Source: an uncultured Eubacteriales bacterium
Lineage (GTDB): Bacteria; Bacillota; Clostridia; Tissierellales; Peptoniphilaceae
Length of the DNA: 32,000 nucleotides
NCBI GenBank assembly: GCA_900539725.1
Contig: UQDI01000010.1
Span: forward strand, 1 to 32,000
Direction: 5' to 3'
A model generated the notes under the pieces. The model made no database searches, was not told the origin of the DNA, and worked only from the letters and a program-made list of their open reading frames with translations. This document shows, one piece after another, positions 14,653 to 22,146 of the stretch; the stretch's first letter is position 1, and each line of letters begins with the position of its first letter. Made by a program: the position numbers and the translations under genes.

Positions 14653-15280
14653 ATCATTTAGAGTATTAATAGTTGGCGGTTCAGATATATACGCCCTAGG
14701 CGTAGATGCTTCTCTATCAGCTTTTAACGATATGCATGTCGTTGAGAGCTTTAGAGATGCATCTGATGCTCAAGACTACTTAACAAGGAAGAGCGTAGAC
14801 TTTGTTATATACGTCGATGATGAGCTGGATGAAAGTAAAAGGATAGTCGATCTACAAAGACTAGCCTTTAAGGACAGGCGCTACAGAATACTCTTTATGA
14901 CAAACAGACCAAGCCTCGAGATGATTATCTCACCAAAAGACTTTCACCTAGACGGCATCATGGACAAAGAGCTTAAAAGAGATGAACTTAGAAAGGCACT
15001 TCTTGACATGAGAAAAGGGGTAGTAGTCGTGTCGAAGAAAAAGAACTTCAGCGTTAAGACGGAACAAAAATTGGGGGATTTTTTGGACCGTAAGGAGCTC
15101 TACGACACACTAAGCTCACGTGAGAAGCAAATCCTACTAAGCATCAAAGAGGGCTTAAGCAACCAAGAGATAGCCGACAGGTTTTACATCACTTTATCGA
15201 CTACCAAAACGCATACGAGAAATTTGTATAAAAAGTTGGGGGTTAAGTCACGGTCCCAGGCTATTAAGTTTTTGAATTAA
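14642..15280 (+). CDS. LuxR/NarL-family regulator with an atypical receiver-like N-terminal domain and a GerE-type HTH
   Basis: The C-terminus LSSREKQILLSIKEGLSNQEIADRFYITLSTTKTHTRNLYKKLGV is a LuxR-type HTH. The N-terminus reads RVLIVGGSD where NarL-type receivers have DD. The ATG overlaps the hutI stop by 11 nt. Confidence 0.85.
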   Translation: MALKSFRVLIVGGSDIYALGVDASLSAFNDMHVVESFRDASDAQDYLTRKSVDFVIYVDDELDESKRIVDLQRLAFKDRRYRILFMTNRPSLEMIISPKDFHLDGIMDKELKRDELRKALLDMRKGVVVVSKKKNFSVKTEQKLGDFLDRKELYDTLSSREKQILLSIKEGLSNQEIADRFYITLSTTKTHTRNLYKKLGVKSRSQAIKFLN

Positions 15281-15289
15281 ATTTCGAAT

Positions 15290-15416
15290 TAAAATGGCGG
15301 CCTAGGCTCGTTCGCTTTTCGGCAATGCTCGAGTATGCCAATACACTGCGCTTGCCTCAAAGCTCCACATCGCCTATTCCATCCATTTTCTCTTCGAAAT
15401 TTGTGAATAAAGTTAA
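15290..15416. repeat. Copy of the dispersed intergenic repeat family, ending in the 31-mer TTTTCTCTTCGAAATTTGTGAATAAAGTTAA (15386-15416)
   Basis: The 31-mer recurs at 21932-21962 with 30 of 31 positions identical. The GC-richer part resembles 8858-8967 (reverse complement) and 21760-21820. Confidence 0.6.
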
Positions 15417-15577
15417 ACGGATCTAATAAATTAGCGAATAAAGATAAATGATATTTTTCGGAGATGTTTGAGAACATTCTCGCTTGCTCTGCAAAACTTG
15501 TGAATAAAGATAAACAGATCTAATAAATTAGCGAATATAGATAAATTTATCTAATAAATTAGCGAGTAAAGTTAAAT
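15401..15577. repeat. AT-rich iterated motif ATCTAATAAATTAGCGA(A/G)TA(A/T)AG(A/T)TAAAT x3 (15421, 15518, 15549) within a 97-bp duplicated unit (15401-15449 / 15498-15546)
   Basis: Read directly. Related motifs occur at 21830-21852 (ATCTAAAAAATTAGTGAATAAAG) and at about 22007-22050. Confidence 0.75.
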
Positions 15578-15653
15578 TGATTAATTAATTAACAAATAAA
15601 ATAATTTGATCTTAGCAATTGATTAAGAATGATAAATTAATCTTAAACAATAT

Positions 15654-15694
15654 TTTACGCAAAGTACTATATGAGCGGAAAAACTTTGCGTAAA
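15654..15694. other. Perfect 12-bp inverted repeat TTTACGCAAAGT / ACTTTGCGTAAA with a 17-nt loop
   Basis: Arms at 15654-15665 and 15683-15694, read directly. It lies 25 nt upstream of a strong terminator. Confidence 0.8.
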
Positions 15695-15718
15695 GTCATT
15701 TTAAACTTCTTTTTTTAG

Positions 15719-15750
15719 GATGCACCTATATATATGGGTGCATCTTTTTT
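15719..15750 (+). terminator. Intrinsic terminator in the non-coding region
   Basis: GATGCACC (15719-15726) / GGTGCATC (15737-15744) followed by a T6 run (15745-15750). Confidence 0.75.
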
Positions 15751-15849
15751 GCGTGTAAAACCATTTTTATGTAAATGGATTTGCGTACAGAACGACTTTT
15801 GTGAATATGCATTTGAGCCCATTACTATTAAAATAGTTTAGCTACCGCT

Positions 15850-15957
15850 CGTCATATGCCTAAAGTCCGACATACGCCTAATGCTCGTCATATGCCTAAC
15901 GCCCGTCATGTGCCTAACGCTCGTCATATGTCAAACGCCCGTCATATGTTATGCTAT
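15850..15957. repeat. 18-bp tandem repeat CGTCATATGCCTAACGCY, about 5.5-6 copies
   Basis: Units start at 15850, 15868, 15886, 15904, 15922 and 15940 (the last is partial). Each contains CATATG or a near variant. Confidence 0.9.
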
Positions 15958-16042
15958 TGGCATGGCGAGAGCATTTCCATTAGCATAAGTATTTCTGTTT
16001 TCGAAAAAATTCATACCAAAGGGGTATTTTTTATTAAAACTC

Positions 16043-16071
16043 TTGTATTATTAAACTAATAGTGGTATAAT
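16043..16071 (+). promoter_or_regulatory. opp operon promoter
   Basis: TTGTAT (16043-16048), 17-nt spacer, TGgTATAAT (TATAAT 16066-16071). This leaves a ~168-nt leader before oppA. Confidence 0.6.
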
Positions 16072-16245
16072 ATATAAAAGAGCTTTAATCAGGTAGAGTA
16101 TATCGCTGTTAACACGAGCACATAAAGAATTAGTAGACCGATTCTATATTGCTAAGTGTACGAAGGTATCATACATACAGGGCTCTTCGACTATAGCTAG
16201 GACCACTTAGGTCTTAAGCAAACGCAGAAATGCAAGGAGGTTTTT

Positions 16246-17796
16246 ATGAAGAAATTTATTTCACTTGTTTTGGCGCTAGCGCTTGTTATGACAGTACTTA
16301 CTGGTTGTAAAGGTGGCGGCAACAAGTCAACTGGAGAAAAGAAGGGCGACAAGGACACACTTGTAATCGCTAACGACTCAGATGCTATATCACTAGACCC
16401 AATGGGAACTAACGATAACGCATCTTCTAAAGTTTTAGTTCAAATTTATGAAGGTCTATTCGAACTAAACGACAAAGCAGAAGAAGTTCCTCTACTAGCT
16501 GAAAGCTATGATAAGGTATCTGATACTGAATATGTTTTCCACCTAAGAAAGGGCGTTAAGTTCCACAATGGTGACGAAATGAAGGCATCAGACGTTGTAT
16601 TTTCATTAAAACGTGCTTGTGAAGCACCTAACGTTAAGCACTTGTTCAATACTATCGATGAAGATTCTATCAAGGCTGACGATGATTACACTGTAAGATT
16701 CAATCTTAAGTTCCCTTATCCTGGTATCATTTCATCATTAATGCATCCAGGTGGAGCAATCCTTTGCCAAAAAGAAGTTGAAGCAGCTGGAGACAGCTAC
16801 GGTACTTCTACTGATAAAGTTTGCGGTACAGGTCCATTTAAGCTTGACGAGTGGTCTAAAGCTAACGCTATCAAGCTAAGCAGAAACGAAGACTACTATG
16901 GAGAAAAGGCTAAGATGGCTAAGGTTGAATACAAGATTATCCCTGAACCAACTAACAGACTAGTTGAACTTCAAACTGGTGGAGCAGATATCATTTATGA
17001 ACTACAACCACTTGATGTTGAAAAAGTTGAAAAAGATGAAAATCTTGTTATGTTAAAATCAGCTGACTATGGTACAACTTACCTAGGATTCAACACTCAA
17101 AAGGCACCTTTCGACAATCCAAAGGTTCGTCAAGCTATAGCATACGCTATCGATATGGACGACTTAATTCCAAAGGTTTGGTTAGGTCTAGGAAAAACTG
17201 CATCTAACTCAATGCCACCAACATTAAAATACTCTATCGGTGGAGAAACTAAGGCTAGAACTAGAGACATTGAAAAGGCAAAGGCACTTCTTGCTGAAGC
17301 AGGATATCCTAACGGCTTTGATACAACTATATCTACAAACGAAAGAAAACAACGTGTTGACATGGCAACTATCATTAAAGAACAACTTAAAGAAGTTGGT
17401 ATCAACGTAACTATCAACGTTATGGAATGGTCTGCATTCAACGACGTATTAAAGAATGCTAAACAAGATATGTTTGAAATCGCTTGGACTTCTGATACAC
17501 CAGACCCAGACGCATTCTTATTCCCTTGCTTCCACTCAAGTGCAAAGGGCGAAGGCGGTAACTACTGCTGGTTAGAAGACCCAGAAATGGACAAGATGTT
17601 AGATGACGCTAGACAAGAACTTGACGAAACAAAGAGAGGCGAAATCTACAGAAAAGCTCAAGAATATATTCTTGATAATCAAATTTGGATCCCTGAATAC
17701 TGGTCAGAATTAACTGTAGCAACATCTAAGAATGTTGAAGGTTTTGAAATGAACAGCTTTGGTTACTACAAATTAAACAAAGTAGTTGTAAAATAG
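16246..17796 (+). CDS. oppA: ABC peptide transporter substrate-binding lipoprotein (family 5)
   Basis: Lipobox LTGC. 516 aa, of the typical Opp/Dpp SBP length and family. It is first in an A-B-C-D-F operon. Confidence 0.88.
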   Translation: MKKFISLVLALALVMTVLTGCKGGGNKSTGEKKGDKDTLVIANDSDAISLDPMGTNDNASSKVLVQIYEGLFELNDKAEEVPLLAESYDKVSDTEYVFHLRKGVKFHNGDEMKASDVVFSLKRACEAPNVKHLFNTIDEDSIKADDDYTVRFNLKFPYPGIISSLMHPGGAILCQKEVEAAGDSYGTSTDKVCGTGPFKLDEWSKANAIKLSRNEDYYGEKAKMAKVEYKIIPEPTNRLVELQTGGADIIYELQPLDVEKVEKDENLVMLKSADYGTTYLGFNTQKAPFDNPKVRQAIAYAIDMDDLIPKVWLGLGKTASNSMPPTLKYSIGGETKARTRDIEKAKALLAEAGYPNGFDTTISTNERKQRVDMATIIKEQLKEVGINVTINVMEWSAFNDVLKNAKQDMFEIAWTSDTPDPDAFLFPCFHSSAKGEGGNYCWLEDPEMDKMLDDARQELDETKRGEIYRKAQEYILDNQIWIPEYWSELTVATSKNVEGFEMNSFGYYKLNKVVVK

Positions 17797-17817
17797 TAGA
17801 ATAATACAAAATGGTGA

Positions 17818-17842
17818 AGGGGGAGGTGGACATCTTCCCCCT
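17818..17842 (+). other. Intercistronic stem-loop between oppA and oppB
   Basis: AGGGGGAGG / CTTCCCCCT (9 bp, one G:U pair) with a 7-nt loop and no U-tract. This is a typical mRNA-stabilising or partial-termination element after SBP genes. Confidence 0.6.
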
Positions 17843-17870
17843 CACATAGTTCAATTATATCGGAGGCATT

Positions 17871-18800
17871 ATGATAAAATATATTATTAAGAGAATTCTC
17901 TATTTAATACCTGTTATTTTATTGGTAAGTCTCTTCGTTTTCTGGTTATTATACATAACACCTGGAGACCCTGCCCGTAACATTCTAGGCCCATCGGCCA
18001 CAGAACAACAAGTAGCAGAACTTAGAGAAGAACTTGGCTTAAACGATCCATTTTTCACGCAATTTGGTAGATACATATCTAACCTAGTATTTAAAGGTGA
18101 CTTAGGCCGTAGTTACAGAACAAGAATGCCTGTAGTTCAAGAAATTGGCAACAGAGCAGGCGCAACTATTAGACTAGCATTTTTAGCTATAACATTCGCA
18201 GTTTTACTAGGTATACCTATAGGTATTATATCCGCGGTAAAACAATATAGTATTTTTGATAACTTGACAATGATATTCGCCCTTATAGGTATATCAATGC
18301 CAGTATTCTGGCTGGGTCTACTACTCATCATGCTATTTAGTGTAAATTTAGGCTGGCTACCAGCATCAGGCTTTGATACGCCTGCTCAATGGGTTTTACC
18401 AGCGATAGCACTAGGAGCTCAATCTGTTTCAGTTATTACAAGACAAACAAGAAGCTCTATGCTTGAAGTAATTAGACAAGACTACATCAGAACTGCTAAG
18501 GCAAAAGGTCAAGAACAAAAGGTCATCACTAAGAAGCACGCTTTGGCAAACGCTCTAATCCCTATCACTACTGTTATCGGTACACAATTCGGACAACTTA
18601 TGGGTGGTGCTCTAATGACTGAAGTTATATTTAGTATACCTGGCATAGGCAGACTTATGGTAGATTCAATCAAGATGAGAGACATACCTCTTGTTATGGG
18701 ATGCGTATTATTCGTTGCAGTTACATTTGCTCTTGTAAATCTAATTGTCGACATACTATATACATTCATGGACCCAAGAGTTAAGAGTCAATATATGTAG
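17871..18800 (+). CDS. oppB: ABC peptide transporter permease
   Basis: 309 aa, multi-TM, with the EAA-type binding-protein-dependent transport motif region (IRTAKAKG). Confidence 0.9.
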   Translation: MIKYIIKRILYLIPVILLVSLFVFWLLYITPGDPARNILGPSATEQQVAELREELGLNDPFFTQFGRYISNLVFKGDLGRSYRTRMPVVQEIGNRAGATIRLAFLAITFAVLLGIPIGIISAVKQYSIFDNLTMIFALIGISMPVFWLGLLLIMLFSVNLGWLPASGFDTPAQWVLPAIALGAQSVSVITRQTRSSMLEVIRQDYIRTAKAKGQEQKVITKKHALANALIPITTVIGTQFGQLMGGALMTEVIFSIPGIGRLMVDSIKMRDIPLVMGCVLFVAVTFALVNLIVDILYTFMDPRVKSQYM

Positions 18801-18809
18801 GTGAATGAT

Positions 18810-19697
18810 ATGGCAGAAAAAAATATGAAAAAAGAGCAATCAATAAGAAAATCAAAAAGACAAACAGGTCTTAGTGAAGTTTTAAAGAGAATGAAGAGAA
18901 ACAAACTTGCTATGGTAGGTCTAGTTATACTTATCTTGCTAGTTTTGGTAGCGATATTCGCAGACGTTGTTGCCCCATATACTTTCAATGACATGGTTGG
19001 CCCAACATATCAAACACCAAACTCTGAATTTATCTTCGGAACAGACCACTTAGGCCGTGATATATTCTCTCGTGTCGTTTATGGTTCTAGAATCAGTTTG
19101 AAAGTCGGATTCATATCCGTATCCATCGCCTTAGTATTCGGTGTAACACTAGGCGCTGTAACTGGTTACTACGGTGGTAAAGTCGACACTATAATCATGA
19201 GATTCATAGACGTGCTTCAAGCTATACCAGATATACTTTTAGCTATAGCCATCATGAGTGCACTAGGCACTGGCCTTGGTAACTTGATGATAGCCGTTGG
19301 TATAGCCTCGGTTCCAGCATATGCCAGAATCGTTAGAAGCTCTGTTTTAACTATAAAAGATAACGAATTTGTTGAAGCAGCAAAGGCCAATGGTTCTAGT
19401 GACTTTAGAATTATCTTTAAACACATAATTCCAAACTGTATGGCACCTATCATCGTTCAAGCGACTCTAGGTGTTGCTTACGCAATCATTAACGCGGCAG
19501 GTCTATCCTTCATAGGACTTGGACTTGAACCACCTACACCAGAGTGGGGCGCTATGCTATCGGATGGTCGTTCATATATCATGGACTTCCCACACATCAC
19601 ATTGTTCCCAGGTTTAGCCATCGTTATCACCATCTTTGCTCTTAACGTTATGGGCGATGGTCTTAGAGATGCACTTGACCCTAAGCTTAAGAGGTAG
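18810..19697 (+). CDS. oppC: ABC peptide transporter permease
   Basis: ATG 18810 lies behind AGGTGA; the track's GTG at 18801 is less likely. It has an OppC-like N-terminal extension and the motif VEAAKANG. Confidence 0.88.
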   Translation: MAEKNMKKEQSIRKSKRQTGLSEVLKRMKRNKLAMVGLVILILLVLVAIFADVVAPYTFNDMVGPTYQTPNSEFIFGTDHLGRDIFSRVVYGSRISLKVGFISVSIALVFGVTLGAVTGYYGGKVDTIIMRFIDVLQAIPDILLAIAIMSALGTGLGNLMIAVGIASVPAYARIVRSSVLTIKDNEFVEAAKANGSSDFRIIFKHIIPNCMAPIIVQATLGVAYAIINAAGLSFIGLGLEPPTPEWGAMLSDGRSYIMDFPHITLFPGLAIVITIFALNVMGDGLRDALDPKLKR

Positions 19698-19706
19698 GAG
19701 GTTACT

Positions 19707-20744
19707 ATGGAAAAAGGAAATTTACTTAATATAAGAGACCTATCTGTTGAGTTCAATACAGATTCGGGTGTTGTTAAAGCCGTTAATGGCATGAACTTGT
19801 CTCTAAACAAAAAGGAGACTCTTGGCCTTGTTGGAGAAACAGGTGCCGGCAAGACTACTACTGCTCTTGCAATTCTTAACCTAGTTCCTGATCCACCTGG
19901 AATTATTAGCTCAGGTGAGATTGAGTTCGATGGTAAGGATATATTAAAAACTAAAGAAAAAGATATGAGAAAGATTAGAGGGGAAAAGATCTCCATGATC
20001 TTCCAAGACCCAATGACAAGTCTTAACCCTGTTATGACTATAGGTAAGCAAATAGAAGAAGTTCTTGCTCTTCACACTAAGCTTGATAAGAACGGCAGAA
20101 AAGAAAAGACTCTTGAAATGCTTGACCTAGTAGGTATCAGACGTGAAAGAGTTAATGACTACCCTCATCAACTTTCTGGTGGTATGAAGCAAAGAATCGT
20201 TATTGCGATGGCTCTTGCTTGTAACCCAGAAATAATCATTGCGGACGAGCCAACAACTGCTCTAGACGTTACTATTCAAGCTCAAGTTATGGAGCTAATG
20301 AAGGAGCTTAAGAGCAAGTTTGATACATCCATCATCATGATTACTCACGACTTAGGTGTTATCGCTGAAATAGCTGATAAGGTAGCGGTTGTTTACGCTG
20401 GCGAAGTTGTTGAAAGCGGTACTACTAAGGATATATACACTGACAAGAAGCATCCATACACAGTTGGACTTTTCTCGTCAATACCAAAGCTAACTGGTGA
20501 TGTTGAAAGACTTCAAGTTATTCCAGGAATGACACCAGACCCAACAAATTTACCTACTGGATGTAAGTTCCACCCAAGATGCACTAAGTGCATGGAAATG
20601 TGCAAAACAAATGAACCACCGGTTTATGAAGTGAGCCCAGGTCACTTTGTTAAGTGCTTCTTATACAAGGACGGAGCTATGGGTATAGACGGCTCTAAGA
20701 ATGAAGCTAGCGAAGAAACAGCTTCTGAATCAGAAGAAAAGTAG
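19707..20744 (+). CDS. oppD: ABC peptide transporter ATPase
   Basis: Walker A GETGAGKTT, signature LSGGMKQR, Walker B IIADEPTTALD. The C-terminus is an oligopeptide-type Cys-rich domain. Confidence 0.92.
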   Translation: MEKGNLLNIRDLSVEFNTDSGVVKAVNGMNLSLNKKETLGLVGETGAGKTTTALAILNLVPDPPGIISSGEIEFDGKDILKTKEKDMRKIRGEKISMIFQDPMTSLNPVMTIGKQIEEVLALHTKLDKNGRKEKTLEMLDLVGIRRERVNDYPHQLSGGMKQRIVIAMALACNPEIIIADEPTTALDVTIQAQVMELMKELKSKFDTSIIMITHDLGVIAEIADKVAVVYAGEVVESGTTKDIYTDKKHPYTVGLFSSIPKLTGDVERLQVIPGMTPDPTNLPTGCKFHPRCTKCMEMCKTNEPPVYEVSPGHFVKCFLYKDGAMGIDGSKNEASEETASESEEK

Positions 20745-20756
20745 AGGAGGAAAGTT

Positions 20757-21713
20757 ATGAGCGAAAATTTCATTGAAGTAAAACATTTATGTAAGTACTT
20801 TCCGACTAAGAAGGGCGTTCTACATGCAGTTGAAGACCTTAACTTTGAGATAAAAAAGGGCGAAACACTTGGCCTAGTAGGTGAATCAGGCTGTGGTAAG
20901 TCAACAGCTGGTCGTGCAATCATCAGATTACATGAGCCAACAAGCGGAGAAATATGGTTTAACGGCGAAGACATCATGAATCGTAAGACTAAAAAGGAAA
21001 TGCACCAATTAAGACGCGAAATGCAAATCGTCTTCCAAGACCCATATTCATCGCTAAACCCAAGACTTAACACATTTGACCTAATTGCGGACGCACTTTA
21101 TGTAAACAAAATTTACGATAGTAAGAAAGAAATAGAAAAAGTTGTTCTTGAAATGATGGAAACAGTAGGTCTTGAGAAGAGACTTATGAACTCCTACCCA
21201 CACGAACTAGACGGTGGAAGAAGACAAAGAATTGGTATCGCAAGAGCCTTAGTAATGAGACCTGAGTTTATAGTACTTGATGAACCAGTATCAGCACTTG
21301 ACGTATCAATTCAAGCCCAAGTACTAAATCTTCTTCAAGACATACAAAAAGAAAAGGGACTAACATACTTATTTATATCACATGACCTTTCAGTTGTTCG
21401 TCACCTTTCAGACAGAGTCGCAGTTATGTATCTTGGACGTATGGTTGAACTAGCAGATTATAAGCAAATATTTGAAAACACATTACATCCATACACAAAA
21501 GCACTACTATCAGCAATACCAGTACCTGAGTATAACTACAAACAAGAAAGAATCATACTAAAAGGCGACGTACCGAGCCCAATAGATCCACCAGACAGAT
21601 GCGTTTTCTACGGCAGATGTCCGATGAGAGATGAAGGTGTTTGCAATGGTCCTCATCCTACTCTAAAAGAAGTAGAGCCGGGACACTTTGTCGCCTGTCA
21701 CTTAGTTAAATAA
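20757..21713 (+). CDS. oppF: ABC peptide transporter ATPase
   Basis: Walker A GESGCGKST, signature variant LDGGRRQR, Walker B VLDEPVSALD. Confidence 0.92.
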   Translation: MSENFIEVKHLCKYFPTKKGVLHAVEDLNFEIKKGETLGLVGESGCGKSTAGRAIIRLHEPTSGEIWFNGEDIMNRKTKKEMHQLRREMQIVFQDPYSSLNPRLNTFDLIADALYVNKIYDSKKEIEKVVLEMMETVGLEKRLMNSYPHELDGGRRQRIGIARALVMRPEFIVLDEPVSALDVSIQAQVLNLLQDIQKEKGLTYLFISHDLSVVRHLSDRVAVMYLGRMVELADYKQIFENTLHPYTKALLSAIPVPEYNYKQERIILKGDVPSPIDPPDRCVFYGRCPMRDEGVCNGPHPTLKEVEPGHFVACHLVK

Positions 21714-21759
21714 AAAATTTATTGCTAAAATTGCGATCTTTGAATGCTTTGAATTTTTT

Positions 21760-22050
21760 CTTCGCTCCACGTACGCTTAAGTACGACGTCGCTTGAAAAA
21801 TTCTCCACTTCGCATAATCATCTTGTTTTATCTAAAAAATTAGTGAATAAAGAGGATTGAGCTTACGGATTGATATATTAGTCTTATCCATCATAGCGTA
21901 AAGGTTCTCGGACTTTAGGACGAGGTTCTTCTTTTCTCTTCGAAATTTGTGGATAAAGTTAAGTTGATATTGTAAATGTGTTTACATTGCATAATTATCA
22001 TGTTTTATCTAAAAAATTAAAATTTAAGATCTAATTTAAATAAATTAGTG
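21760..22050. repeat. Cluster of dispersed-repeat copies: a GC-richer segment (about 21760-21820), a 31-bp direct repeat GCATAAT(C/T)ATC(T/A)TGTTTTATCTAAAAAATTA (21812-21842 / 21989-22019) and the shared 31-mer (21932-21962)
   Basis: Read directly. The direct repeat is identical at 29 of 31 positions. The 31-mer matches 15386-15416 at 30 of 31 positions. Confidence 0.7.
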
Positions 22051-22057
22051 ACTACAA

Positions 22058-22090
22058 AAGCAGATGCATCTTAGGTGCATCTGCTTCTTT
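22058..22090. terminator. Probable bidirectional terminator (lysR on the - strand; opp region on the + strand)
   Basis: AAGCAGATGCA / TGCATCTGCTT 11-bp stem flanked by short T-rich runs on both strands. Confidence 0.55.
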
Positions 22091-22146
22091 ATGTCTTAGA
22101 GCACAAAAAAGGAGCTAGAAAAAACTAACTCCATAAAAAACATTAT

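Noticed and set aside
15289-15477. 62-aa ORF on the - strand
   Set aside because: It falls inside the dispersed-repeat copy, has no SD and has no recognisable protein features.
15401-15577. CRISPR array
   Set aside because: The repeats are AT-rich and imperfect with irregular spacing (97, 31 bp). The 'spacers' are themselves repeated, and there are no cas genes in the window.
15998-16007. CodY box at TTTTCGAAAA upstream of opp
   Set aside because: This is a perfect 10-bp palindrome, but it has about 4-5 mismatches to the 15-bp AATTTTCWGAAAATT consensus however it is aligned. That is too weak to call in AT-rich DNA.
15856-16059. 67-aa ORF (MPKVRHTPNARHMPNARH...)
   Set aside because: It is simply the in-frame translation of the 18-bp tandem repeat. 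It has no SD, and its start codon lies inside a repeat unit.
16078-16245. T-box or another known riboswitch in the opp leader
   Set aside because: I found no T-box consensus (GGGTGGTACCGCG-like), no B12 box and no other riboswitch core that I can recognise, and no leader terminator. It is left as an unassigned leader.
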